Under the pieces are notes generated by a model. The model worked only from the letters and a program-made list of their open reading frames with translations. It was not told the origin of the DNA and did not search any database. DNA of 64,000 bases from Alphaproteobacteria bacterium. Lineage in GTDB: Bacteria; Pseudomonadota; Alphaproteobacteria; UBA9219; RGZA01. Position numbers and translations under genes: made by a program. The DNA lies in the NCBI GenBank assembly GCA_033762625.1, contig JANRLI010000007.1, positions 151,541-215,540 on the forward strand. Reading direction: 5' to 3'. Within the stretch, counting starts at the first letter, position 1. The number at the start of each line of letters is the position of its first letter. Of this stretch, positions 47,936 to 57,638 are shown in pieces.

Positions 47936-48613
47936 TTGACCATGGCTACCAATCTTCTTATGCCCAAGGCGACGGCTGTATGGCTTGTTGAAAATACAGC
48001 GCTTAGCTTTGACCAGATTTCCGAATTCTGCGAATTACATCCGCTGGAAGTCAAAGCGATTGCCGATGGCGAAGTAAATATCGGCATGGTGGGCCTCAAC
48101 CCTATTTTGAATGGCCAGATTACCAAGGAAGAAATCGAACGCTGCGAAAAAGACCCCAGCGCAAAAATTTCCATGAAGGTGAACAAGCTGCCGGAAGTGG
48201 CAACGCGCCAAAAGGGCCCACGTTATACGCCTGTGACCAAACGCGGCGATAAGCCCGATGCTATCGCATGGCTGGTAAAGAACCATCCGGAATTGACCGA
48301 TGGGCAGCTGGTAAACCTGATTGGTACAACCAAAAGCACCATCGAAAAAATCCGTGACCGTTCGCACTGGAATATGAGCAATATCAAACCCCGCGATCCC
48401 GTATATTTGGGATTGTGCAAACAAACCGATTTAAATGCAGCGGTTGAAAAAAGCCGTAAGCATTTGCCAAAGGAACAACAGGCCGCATTGGCCTCAGCGG
48501 ATGCAGCAACAGCAGGCAACGAATCCGAAGTGGGTTTGGTGTCAGGCTTTGGCAGCAGCAATGATAGCCAGCAGCCATCAGATGAAGGTTTCGAAAAGCT
48601 GATGCGCGGCTAA
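47936..48613 (+). CDS. DUF1013-family protein (alphaproteobacterial)
   Basis: ATAVWLVENTALSFDQISEFCELHPLEVKAIADGEV and a second repeated half (AIAWLVKNHPELTDGQLVNLIGTTKSTIEKIRDR) are characteristic of DUF1013. Confidence 0.65.
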   Translation: MTMATNLLMPKATAVWLVENTALSFDQISEFCELHPLEVKAIADGEVNIGMVGLNPILNGQITKEEIERCEKDPSAKISMKVNKLPEVATRQKGPRYTPVTKRGDKPDAIAWLVKNHPELTDGQLVNLIGTTKSTIEKIRDRSHWNMSNIKPRDPVYLGLCKQTDLNAAVEKSRKHLPKEQQAALASADAATAGNESEVGLVSGFGSSNDSQQPSDEGFEKLMRG

Positions 48614-48714
48614 GGAATATCAGCAACGGCAGCCTTAAAAGGTTGTCCTTGCTTTTCGGTTATTTAAGGCCTAAACAGGCCGCATGTTTAGCAAAGACGC
48701 GGATTAACTTCCGC

Positions 48715-48743
48715 TATTTGGTGACGCGGGATAGAGCAGCCCG
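48715..48743 (+). repeat. 29-bp direct repeat duplicating the first 19 nt of tRNA-Met plus 10 nt of 5' flank
   Basis: tatttggtgacgcgggatagagcagcccg recurs identically at 48798-48826 (10 nt of flank, then tRNA-Met 5' end 48808-48826). An inverted copy gctaccgggctgct of tRNA D-arm sequence lies at 48771-48784. Confidence 0.7.
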
Positions 48744-48807
48744 CGGTTTGCACAAGCAAACTAACAAAATGCTACCGGGCTGCTTTGCAGCGCGGTTTAT
48801 TTGGTGA

Positions 48808-48884
<77 letters not shown>

Positions 48885-48913
48885 AACTTTTCTCAATAAA
48901 ATCAATGAACTAA

Positions 48914-48937
48914 GCGGCCCGTTGCGGGCCGTTTTTA
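48914..48937 (+). terminator. rho-independent terminator after tRNA-Met
   Basis: GGCCCgttgcGGGCC hairpin followed by GTTTTT. Confidence 0.55.
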
Positions 48938-49086
48938 TGTGCCATGCACCGTTTTCGTGCACCTCCATGATTTCCCATATATATCAGCTGTTTACACGAA
49001 TTCCGGCGTCCGTTCCCATCGGTCAACTACCGTTCCATGGCACAAATTTGGCACATGAAATTGGGATCGTTTGAGCCCAGCTTCGT

Positions 49087-51759
49087 TCAGAAGTTGTACT
49101 TCTTCCGGCGCTGCATAAATGCCTCCTTGCCGCCCTCAAGGATTTCCTCGGCCAGCGCGGCGACGCTCTTCTTGTCGATCGAGCCCATATGCTCCGGTGG
49201 AACATCGGCATGCCCATCACCTGCTTCGCCGACCGCCCTCATGCCAATGATCAGCTCTGCGTCGCCGAGCACTGGAATGTTGGCATTGTGAGAGGAGAAG
49301 ATGAACTGACGTCTGCGCTTCTCAGCACGGATGCGTGGCACGATGCCCTCGGAGATGAACCGGTTATCGAGATTGTCTTCCGGCTGGTCGAGCACCAGCG
49401 GAGCCTCTGCATCGAGCAGCAATAGATACAGCAGCGCCGTCGCTTTCTGCCCTGTCGACAGATCTCCCAGTTTTCGCCATTCCGGCGGTGCGCGCTCTGC
49501 ACCGACGTTCAACTCGATTTCAGTAACGTGCGGCAGATCTAACTCTTCTACTAGCATTGGTAGCTCTGGCCCGGCGGCCGCCAATTTCTCTCCTTGCGCG
49601 GTCGGTATACCGAATTCCTTGTTAAGGGGCTCCTTTCCTGCCCGCAGCGCCTCCGCCAACGCCCCCAGCGACAATTGCTCCTTCTTCGCTATTGCGGCGC
49701 TGGCCTCGGCAAAGCGACCAGGGCGCTGCTTAATGAGATCGAGAAGGGCTGTGCGGTCGGCGCCATAGCGAACAGTGACTCGTAGGCGATCCGGCAGTTC
49801 TCGGCTCACCTTCTTGGCGGCTTTTTCCAACCGCTGGAACGTCTCACGCTTAAGGTCCTCCCAGGCGGCAAGATCATTGCGCCGCCGCTGCTCGAAGGCT
49901 TTTTGTCGCGTCTCCAACGCTGCCTTTTGGCCCTGCAAAGGTGACAAGCGCTCGATGTCCTGGCGGAGCTTGATGAACTCGTTGCCGTCGATCTTATCCC
50001 TTTGTAGATCGCGCAAGGCAGCCTCGTAAGCTTGTTGCGACGCCTTTTTCTCCGTATCGATGGCGCTAGCTACAGAGGCGATTTCGCTTTCGGCTACGGC
50101 CAAAGCATTTGCCAGCAACTTTTGCGCCTCTTCCACGGCGGCCTTCAACCGTGTGATCGTTGCGCCCAGTCCCTTGAGCAATTCAGCCGCCGGTAGCTCC
50201 TTCAATGCCACCTCTGAGATGAAATCGGCATCCACGTCGACTGCTTCTAGCAGGCCATCGCGGGCATCGCGGACCGGCTGCAGCCGTTGTTTAGCTGTGC
50301 TGATGATGGCTTCGGCCTTCACGATGACGTCGCGGGATTTAAGCTTCTCCTCGACACCGGCGGCACGATAACGGTTCAGCGTTTCCGTCAACGCCGGCAA
50401 AGCTGCTAGTTGCTCGTCAACTTTTGTGGCTTTTCCTATGCAATCGAGAATGCCTTGGCGACTTTCCTTCAGCTTTTCCTGGAGGTCCTGGTACCTCTCG
50501 TCGGCCGCGCCATCTACCGCGACAAAGCGATATAGCAGTGATGTCAGTTTCTCCGGGCTGCGCGCTAGTTCCGCCAACTCGTTCTGGCCATAGACAGCGG
50601 TTCCGCGGACGATGTCTATGGGCTTTTGTTTCAACACGTCGCCGTTTTCGTCAATGACCCTCGGCGGATCAGGCACGGTTCGTTCGATCAGGAAGCGGCG
50701 CCGGTCTGGCTGGTAAGACTGCACGAGCAAGGAGATCTTGGTACCGCTCTTCAACACACCGCTGATAATACCATTGTGAATGTCTTTGGCATCGTCGCCT
50801 ACTGGCTCAAGCCCCAGCACGTAGCGCAGACTCTCGATCACCGTGGACTTTCCTGAGCCGCGCCCTCCAATGAGGACGTTTAGGTTCTCGTTGAAATGTA
50901 TCCGGCAGCTTCGGAGGAACCCCTCCGTCTCCCAAGCCATTCCGATGAATTCGACGTGCTCTTCAGGGCCCGGATCGCTGGCTAGACGAATGCGGGAGCT
51001 TGGATCGAGGAATGCTTGCCGGAGCCCTTCGATTGTGGGCTCAGTCATCTTGACCATGCACCATGCACCGCCGCGCGAAACATCATCCGGGCTCTTCACG
51101 TCGCCGCAGTTTAGCACGCTGATATGCCGGTCACGATGATAGGCAGGGTCAGTGTTCTTAAGGATCGGTCTCACATCCTCCGGTGCATCATTGACCGGTC
51201 CGGGAATAGCACAGGCCGCGAGTTCTTCGTGCCTCCAGATGGCGCTTCGTGCTTTTCCAGCCTGTAGTGCCCGAAATAGTCCACCGGCGCTGGCTACATG
51301 AGCTACGATGCACTGCATCTCCCATTTCGGGCAATTGTCCAGCAGTTCGCCTGCCGATAGCTCACCGAGCGGCGAAGCTTCCTCATCGTCATGCACTCCG
51401 CAGGCGCTGATGCAAGACTGTACGGCATCAAAGGTCTTAGCGGGGTCGAAGAGGCAAAGGACGTGGACGCCCTCGCGTGTCACTGCCTCGAAACCGGGGA
51501 ACACCACGATGCCAGCAGCCCGCGCGGCGTTGGCAAGGCTTTCAGCACCCCTTATCCGGTAGTGATCGGTGATAGCGATGACCTCGATATCAGCGTCACG
51601 GCATGCCTTGATGATCGCTTTATTGTACTCATCTTCGCTCTTGTACGCAGTCGGGTGCTTGTGACGGAGAACGTAGTCAAATGTGTTGACTTGGAATGCG
51701 CACCGGAAAAAGCGCGATCCGTTCGGCAATGCCTTCAGTTGTTCTAGAAAAGGATGCAT
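49087..51759 (-). CDS. PHP phosphoesterase domain fused to an SbcC/Rad50/SMC-like coiled-coil ATPase (890 aa); last gene of the defence operon
   Basis: N-terminal ~270 aa is PHP-like (IAITDHYRIRG, FPGFEAV). It has Walker A LIGGRGSGKST, a long coiled-coil middle, a C-terminal ABC signature LSTGQKATAL and Walker B/D-loop PLVLDQPEDNLD. Confidence 0.7.
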   Translation of the reverse strand: MHPFLEQLKALPNGSRFFRCAFQVNTFDYVLRHKHPTAYKSEDEYNKAIIKACRDADIEVIAITDHYRIRGAESLANAARAAGIVVFPGFEAVTREGVHVLCLFDPAKTFDAVQSCISACGVHDDEEASPLGELSAGELLDNCPKWEMQCIVAHVASAGGLFRALQAGKARSAIWRHEELAACAIPGPVNDAPEDVRPILKNTDPAYHRDRHISVLNCGDVKSPDDVSRGGAWCMVKMTEPTIEGLRQAFLDPSSRIRLASDPGPEEHVEFIGMAWETEGFLRSCRIHFNENLNVLIGGRGSGKSTVIESLRYVLGLEPVGDDAKDIHNGIISGVLKSGTKISLLVQSYQPDRRRFLIERTVPDPPRVIDENGDVLKQKPIDIVRGTAVYGQNELAELARSPEKLTSLLYRFVAVDGAADERYQDLQEKLKESRQGILDCIGKATKVDEQLAALPALTETLNRYRAAGVEEKLKSRDVIVKAEAIISTAKQRLQPVRDARDGLLEAVDVDADFISEVALKELPAAELLKGLGATITRLKAAVEEAQKLLANALAVAESEIASVASAIDTEKKASQQAYEAALRDLQRDKIDGNEFIKLRQDIERLSPLQGQKAALETRQKAFEQRRRNDLAAWEDLKRETFQRLEKAAKKVSRELPDRLRVTVRYGADRTALLDLIKQRPGRFAEASAAIAKKEQLSLGALAEALRAGKEPLNKEFGIPTAQGEKLAAAGPELPMLVEELDLPHVTEIELNVGAERAPPEWRKLGDLSTGQKATALLYLLLLDAEAPLVLDQPEDNLDNRFISEGIVPRIRAEKRRRQFIFSSHNANIPVLGDAELIIGMRAVGEAGDGHADVPPEHMGSIDKKSVAALAEEILEGGKEAFMQRRKKYNF

Positions 51760-51770
51760 AAAATCTCGGC

Positions 51771-54700
51771 CTATACTTGGAAAATTTCATCGAGCGACGT
51801 TGCGTGCACAAAACGTGCAGGATTGTCAGCCGCGGCAATCGCAGTGAAGTGGGCTTTTCCGCACGCTATCTTGGCGGCTTCCTTGTCGCGCAGATCATCC
51901 TTGAACAGGCTGCCCTTGGTCTCGACGACGAAGTAAAGGCGCTCGGTGCCGTTCTTCTCGACCAGTACGGCCCAGTCGGGATTGTAGAAGCCGAGAGGGG
52001 TGGGTACTTTGAACCATTGCGGAAGCTTGGCGTAGACGCGGACAGCATCGTTCGCTTCGAGTGCTTCCGCAAAGGGGCGTTCGATGGTCTCTGAATCATA
52101 TACGACGTACTCGTAGACCGAGCGTTTGGACGCGATCGCGTTCTTCATGAAGCGCACCAGCTCCTGACTCTTGAAAAGCTGCTGACAGTAGAATTGGTCG
52201 TCGCCGAGCCGCTGATACTTGATGCCGTCTACGAGCGCGAGGCGCTTGGTGCGGTTGATGCACTCAGCGGCAATCTCGATGAATTCCTGCGGGTTACGTT
52301 TGAAGTCGTTGAGCCGACCGCTGTCCTTCAAGATGCGCACGATGCTGCGTCGGGTGAGCTGGGTCTTATCTTGCAAATCTGTGAGTAGGTCCGGCAGTTC
52401 TATGTCGTTCTCATCCAGCGTGATGTAATTGGTGCTGGTCGCATCGCCGGCAATCACGCCCCCTTTACCGATGGCTAGATCGGCCTTTCGGACATGGATG
52501 CGCGCTTTACTGATGGCGGGGCCGTCACCCAACGCTTTTGCACAGCTTGCTATCAGCTTCTCGTTGTCGAATTCCACTCGGTAAGTCGTCTTGTGCTTTA
52601 TGCGGTCCCATAGCTCTTTGAACTCTGGGCTATCCAGAACGGCCTGCCGAGTCCGAATGGTTTTCTTGGCATCCGCATCTTTGATTTCCAGGCGACCGGC
52701 GAGCTTGCGAAGTATCTCGCGCACTTGAGCAGCGTGTGGTGCAAGGTGCTTAGGCAGGGTAAGCGTATTATCTTTTAAAGCTTTGCGCAGCTCGTCCTGG
52801 ACCTTGCCTTGGGCATTCACGAGGCCTTCACCTTTCAGGTGCTCGAAGATTGCCTTCGACTCATCGAAGCCGAGCACGCCGAGTGTGCCATCAGCCTTCG
52901 TCACTGTGATGGCAGCGAACTGCTGCGGTTCCACGATGCCAAACCGGTAGCCGGTCTCTCGCTCGATCTCCGTCTGCAATTGCTCGGCGAAGCTCTCGTA
53001 GCTTTCGTTGGCTATGACCGTCAGGATGTTAACGTTCGTGTCGCGCACACGCTCGCCATTCTGATTGACGCAGATGCGCAAGCCGCGCCCGATGCTCTGG
53101 CGGCGCTCGCGTTCCGTGCCGATTTCACGCAGCGCGCAAATCTGGAAGACGTTCGGGTTGTCCCAGCCTTCGCGTAGCGCGGAGTGGGAGAAAATGAACT
53201 TCAGCTTGGTATCGAAGCTGAGCAGCTTCTCCTTGTCGCGCATGATGAGATTGTAGGCGCGCTCGGCGTTGTCCCGGTTCGACTGGTTGTTCTCAGCCGT
53301 GTCGCTCCACGCGCCCTTCTTGTCGATGGAGAAATAGCCATTGTGGACGTCCGCCGCTTCGGTCGTTACGTCGACATCTTTGAACAGCGTCTGGTACTCG
53401 GGAAGCTTGGCCGCGCGGCGGTACTCCTCCTCGAACATCAGTGCGTACTTGCCTTTGTGAGCTGTCGACTGCTTCTTGCCGCCGATCTCCTTCTCCTCGT
53501 AGCGGCGATAGTTCTCGACCGCATCGATAAAGAACAGGCTCAGCACTTTGATGCCGAGGGGGGCAAGGCGCACCTCGGCATCCAGATGCTCTTTGATTGT
53601 GCGGCGGATCATCTGACGCTTGACTTGATCCGGATCGACCTCGCCAATAGCCTGGCCGGTCTCCAGGAACTTCTCTTCCCCTGGCATCTTGATCTCGGCG
53701 AGCTGCTGGCCACGGCCAGCGCGTATCTCGCCGATGCGATAGCCGCGATAAACCTGCCGTCCTGTCAGCTCCTCCAGATCGTCACCATCGCGCACTGCTT
53801 TTTCCATGCGCCGCACGCCGCCTTGCTGCTGTACGTCGATCTCGACGCGCGCGGTGACGCCATTGGCACGCGTGCTCGACGTGGCGACGAGACGGATATA
53901 CGGCTTGTTGTGAACGCCCTCGACTTCCATGCCGGCGACGGAGATCTGCTTGACCAGCTTCCGCTCGTAGGCATCTACGGCATCGAGCCGGTAGACCATG
54001 TGATGCTTGTCGGCGTGGGTTGCCGAATAGCGCAATGTGCTCAGCGGATTGAGCTTCTCAATGGCTTTGCGACCCTGGCCTTCGAGACCGCCGTCGACGG
54101 ATTGCGGCTCGTCGATGATGACGATTGGCCGGGTTGCGGAGACCAGATCAATCGGGCGTTCGTCGGCGAGCTTCTCGTTGCGGCGATACATGACGTTGGT
54201 TGTTGGCCTGTCGCGCGCATCAAGATGCTGCGCTTCGTCCTCGTCACCGAAGCGATTGATGGCGCCGACGGTGATGACCATGATGCGGATGTGCGGGCTT
54301 GTGGCGAAGTCGCGCACGAGGCCGAGCTTGGCGGAATCATAGATGAAGAAATCGTAGCCTTTGGCCGAAGGGAAGTACTGCTCGAAGTGTTCGCGCGTGA
54401 TCTGCAGCGTCTTGAACACGCCCTCCTTGATGGCGATGGAGGGGACGACTATGACGAACTTGGTGAAGCCGTACTGCCGGTTCAGCTCGAAGATAGTGCG
54501 GAGATAGACGTAGGTCTTGCCGGTGCCGGTCTCCATCTCGACGGTGAAGTCGCCGGAAGAGAGCGTGTCGGAGGGCCGAACGCCGTTGCGCAGCTGCACA
54601 GCATGTAGGTTGGCTAGCAATTCGTCGTCCAGCAGGGTGAGGCGGTTGCCGATGCCTAGTCCAGACTCTTCAAGCCCGAGCGACTTTTGCATTCCAGGCT

Positions 54701-54863
54701 TCACGCCGAGATCGGCGCCGCCGAACTCAAGGCCGATCTGCCCACGAGTTGGCTTAGTGACAGTGAACTCGGTGCGGCAGATTTCTTGGCCGCGGAAAAG
54801 GTCAGCGACAGCGTTGACAGCTTGTTCCTGGAAGTCGAGGGGCCATTCAAAGTGAAGCTTCAT
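51771..54863 (-). CDS. res: type III restriction enzyme Res subunit (SF2 helicase plus C-terminal PD-(D/E)xK endonuclease)
   Basis: Motif I ETGTGKTYV, motif II VIIDEPQS. The C-terminus FYNPDWAVLVEKNGTERLYFVVETKGS is a PD-D/ExK nuclease. 1030 aa. It lies 10 nt downstream of mod. Confidence 0.85.
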   Translation of the reverse strand: MKLHFEWPLDFQEQAVNAVADLFRGQEICRTEFTVTKPTRGQIGLEFGGADLGVKPGMQKSLGLEESGLGIGNRLTLLDDELLANLHAVQLRNGVRPSDTLSSGDFTVEMETGTGKTYVYLRTIFELNRQYGFTKFVIVVPSIAIKEGVFKTLQITREHFEQYFPSAKGYDFFIYDSAKLGLVRDFATSPHIRIMVITVGAINRFGDEDEAQHLDARDRPTTNVMYRRNEKLADERPIDLVSATRPIVIIDEPQSVDGGLEGQGRKAIEKLNPLSTLRYSATHADKHHMVYRLDAVDAYERKLVKQISVAGMEVEGVHNKPYIRLVATSSTRANGVTARVEIDVQQQGGVRRMEKAVRDGDDLEELTGRQVYRGYRIGEIRAGRGQQLAEIKMPGEEKFLETGQAIGEVDPDQVKRQMIRRTIKEHLDAEVRLAPLGIKVLSLFFIDAVENYRRYEEKEIGGKKQSTAHKGKYALMFEEEYRRAAKLPEYQTLFKDVDVTTEAADVHNGYFSIDKKGAWSDTAENNQSNRDNAERAYNLIMRDKEKLLSFDTKLKFIFSHSALREGWDNPNVFQICALREIGTERERRQSIGRGLRICVNQNGERVRDTNVNILTVIANESYESFAEQLQTEIERETGYRFGIVEPQQFAAITVTKADGTLGVLGFDESKAIFEHLKGEGLVNAQGKVQDELRKALKDNTLTLPKHLAPHAAQVREILRKLAGRLEIKDADAKKTIRTRQAVLDSPEFKELWDRIKHKTTYRVEFDNEKLIASCAKALGDGPAISKARIHVRKADLAIGKGGVIAGDATSTNYITLDENDIELPDLLTDLQDKTQLTRRSIVRILKDSGRLNDFKRNPQEFIEIAAECINRTKRLALVDGIKYQRLGDDQFYCQQLFKSQELVRFMKNAIASKRSVYEYVVYDSETIERPFAEALEANDAVRVYAKLPQWFKVPTPLGFYNPDWAVLVEKNGTERLYFVVETKGSLFKDDLRDKEAAKIACGKAHFTAIAAADNPARFVHATSLDEIFQV

Positions 54864-54873
54864 TGGCCGATCC

Positions 54874-56871
54874 TCACAAGCTGCGCACGATCATCGGGCG
54901 ATCTTCACGCGCTTGCGCGAGAATGGCGGTGAGGTTCGTCTTGGCCACATCATCTGCGAAGGCACTGTCGCGGAACACGACCACAGTCTCACCAGCGGGA
55001 GCCAGCTCCTTGTGCCAGTCGGCGATGCCGTGAGCAAGCTTCTCGACGTCCTTTGCAGATATCTTGGTATTCAGGCACGCCATGAGTGTGCCGGCGCCAA
55101 TGTTGTAGACGGTCTTGCCCGCGATTTTCTTCTCTTCGAGCGGTACGGTCAGCTCCAAGCCGAGCTTCAACAATAGTTCGGCCAGGATATCTTTCTCCGT
55201 TCGGTCGGTCTTCAGGTGCTCAACAGATTCATCGAGAGTGCTAGCAATGTCATCGCGGCGTGGATCCCACGCACGGATGTTGCTCGTGTTGAGTTGAAAT
55301 GTTCGGAAGCCTAGGTCTCCTGCGAATAGCGGATTGGCAGACTTCAATCGAGCACCAGCACGCCGGAGCCTTTCCTTAGTCAACTCTGCAATGTTGCGGG
55401 GACGGTTCAATGCGTCACAAAGCTGTGCCGCGCCCCGTTGTTCCTTGTCATCGACGCTCAATGGCTCGGGCAGCTGAACTAGGATGAAACGCCGCTGGAC
55501 ATTGTCCGCAGAATTCAGCTGCATGACGGCTCTCGCGCTCGCGCCTGAGCCCGCAAAGAAGTCGAGCATTATGTCGCCAGTTTGCTTAAGCACAAAAGGA
55601 AAAAACGAAGTGAACAATCTTACTGGTTTGGGATTGCTAAATACTTTAACTTGCTCTGGAAAGTCTTCGCGCAAATCGTATGCGCCCAAGCGCCCATCTA
55701 ACTCAAGCAAGCTGGACAGTTTTTCCTCGTACTCATGAGCGTAAACTTTGAGTTCGACGATTTTATCGTGATCGTCGCCGAATAGTATTCGCCCCTCCGC
55801 TAAGAGCGTGTCCATTGTCTCCTTCGGGAAGCGATAGCCCATGAGGGGCTGCTTGCATGGTTTTTTAGTTGCCGGATGAATTACGTCGTAGCGATAGCCC
55901 TCTTTGCCAGGATTGTGAACGCTCTGACTGCCGGTATAAACACCGCCCTTATCGATGTACTTATACCTGTCCAAAGGCCAGAGTTCGCTCTTATGCTCCC
56001 GGAACCAAGACTCGTATTCTGCAGTCAACCGATCCCCCGAGTGGCGGGCCGCTAGTTCGGTTCCAACGCGAACCAGGACATCCTTTACGTCCGAAACCTT
56101 GGACTTCCATTCTTTCTCAATGGCATTGCGATCCTTGGCTATGGCCAGGATGTATTCGTGTTCGGTGGCAACATTCGTTGGATTGTTGTCGGTCGCGTTC
56201 TTCCACACCACAGTTCCGAGCACATTCTCGGCGCCGTAAATCTCATTGCACATCGCGGCGAGGTTTGCGTACTCAACGTTGTCTATGGAAATAAATATTA
56301 CGCCGTCGGACTTTAGAAGTGCGCGCGCCAGCCGCAAGCGCGGATACATCATATTCAGCCAGTCGGTGTGAAACCGCCCTGATGCATCCGTGTTCGACGA
56401 GATGCGTTTGTCCCCCTCGATCTGCCCTGTCAGTTCCAGGTAGTTGCGGATGTTGTCGCGGAAGTCGTCGGGATAGACGAAGTCCTTGCCGGTGTTGTAC
56501 GGCGGGTCGATGTAGATGAGCTTGACCTTGCCTGCGTAGCTCTTCTGCAGAAGCTTGAGCACCTCCAGATTGTCGCCCTCGATCATGAGGTTCTGCGTCG
56601 TGTCCCAATCGACGCTTTCCTCGGGGCAGGGGCGCAGCGTTCCAGTTGATGGTGTGAGCGCGAGTTGGCGTGCACGGCGCTTGCCGTGCCAGTTGAGGCC
56701 GTAGCGTTCCTCGCGCTCGTCGATCGTGCCGCCCAACAGCTGCTTCAGAACGTCGAAGTCGATCTTGCCTTCCTTGACGGCCTCGGGAAACAGCACCTTG
56801 AGCTGGTCGACATTTGTGGCGACAACGTCGGCACTCTTTGCCAGCGCATCCTCTGCATCGATCTTCTTCAT
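54874..56871 (-). CDS. mod: type III restriction-modification Mod subunit, N6-adenine DNA methyltransferase
   Basis: LIYIDPPYNTGKDF (motif IV DPPY), SAM motif FFAGSGASARAV, 665 aa. There is no separate specificity subunit. Confidence 0.85.
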   Translation of the reverse strand: MKKIDAEDALAKSADVVATNVDQLKVLFPEAVKEGKIDFDVLKQLLGGTIDEREERYGLNWHGKRRARQLALTPSTGTLRPCPEESVDWDTTQNLMIEGDNLEVLKLLQKSYAGKVKLIYIDPPYNTGKDFVYPDDFRDNIRNYLELTGQIEGDKRISSNTDASGRFHTDWLNMMYPRLRLARALLKSDGVIFISIDNVEYANLAAMCNEIYGAENVLGTVVWKNATDNNPTNVATEHEYILAIAKDRNAIEKEWKSKVSDVKDVLVRVGTELAARHSGDRLTAEYESWFREHKSELWPLDRYKYIDKGGVYTGSQSVHNPGKEGYRYDVIHPATKKPCKQPLMGYRFPKETMDTLLAEGRILFGDDHDKIVELKVYAHEYEEKLSSLLELDGRLGAYDLREDFPEQVKVFSNPKPVRLFTSFFPFVLKQTGDIMLDFFAGSGASARAVMQLNSADNVQRRFILVQLPEPLSVDDKEQRGAAQLCDALNRPRNIAELTKERLRRAGARLKSANPLFAGDLGFRTFQLNTSNIRAWDPRRDDIASTLDESVEHLKTDRTEKDILAELLLKLGLELTVPLEEKKIAGKTVYNIGAGTLMACLNTKISAKDVEKLAHGIADWHKELAPAGETVVVFRDSAFADDVAKTNLTAILAQAREDRPMIVRSL

Positions 56872-57638
56872 CCTTGCCCCCTCGCAAGTGTTGCCTTGGC
56901 CGCAACGAGCTCCGCCTCCAGCCTCTGGATGGCGAGGTTGAGCTCGACGCGGCGGTTAATCTGGGTTTCCCGCGCGGCCTTCTTGCGCAACATGGCAATC
57001 TCGCGTGTGACCCGCGTATGGGTGTCGAGCGCCGCGCGCCGCAAGGCCGCTTCCTCAGGAGACTTTGGCAGGTTGAACGCTCCCGTCAAGTTCGACGCAG
57101 CAAGCCCCGCACAGCAATCGATCCAGCCCTGATAGAGTGCCCACAAATGCTGCTGAGGCTGCCGGGCAATGCTCAAACTTGCCAAGAAGGTTGCCCCCAA
57201 CGCGTCACCCTCAGAGCCGGTTGTGGCACATACCAGGGGCCCATCGAGCACCACTGCGGCCTTTTCAGCCTGGGATGCGCGCTTGTGAGCCAGCGACAGC
57301 TGCACAGTCTCGCCGTCCGCTACGAGCAGAAGCACGGGGTAGGGCACGGCTCGATGGATCAACTCCGTCAAGCGGGCTACCTTCGCACCTTCACGAAGAG
57401 AGGCTGTGATGATGGCTATTTCCAGATATTCGCCTGCTTCACCTTTCCAAATGGGCACGCCAATGTTGGTTGGCTTGAGCGCGGCAATCCAGAGCAGCTC
57501 ATTGACGCCATCTTGTATGGCACGCTTGTCGGCAGCGGTCGGCGCACCCTGTTCGGTTAGCAGTTTCTTTGTAATGCGCTGATCAACCCGAGCAGTATCG
57601 GGGATGGCGAGAGCACTAATAACTGCGTCCAGCGTCAT
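56868..57638 (-). CDS. hypothetical protein, 256 aa; possibly DUF4391-like
   Basis: Overlaps the helicase stop and the mod start by 4 nt each. My family assignment is from memory of similar helicase/mod/res neighbourhoods. No catalytic motif is visible. Confidence 0.45.
   Translation of the reverse strand: MTLDAVISALAIPDTARVDQRITKKLLTEQGAPTAADKRAIQDGVNELLWIAALKPTNIGVPIWKGEAGEYLEIAIITASLREGAKVARLTELIHRAVPYPVLLLVADGETVQLSLAHKRASQAEKAAVVLDGPLVCATTGSEGDALGATFLASLSIARQPQQHLWALYQGWIDCCAGLAASNLTGAFNLPKSPEEAALRRAALDTHTRVTREIAMLRKKAARETQINRRVELNLAIQRLEAELVAAKATLARGQG

Noticed and set aside
53184-54608. Long antisense ORFs inside the island (53184..54608 +, 56273..56998 -, 56814..57560 +)
   Set aside because: They lie on the opposite strand or in alternative frames of the GC-rich res/mod genes. 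Their Arg/Ala/Gly/Leu-rich composition is typical of high-GC frame artefacts, and the sense-strand genes have clear catalytic motifs.
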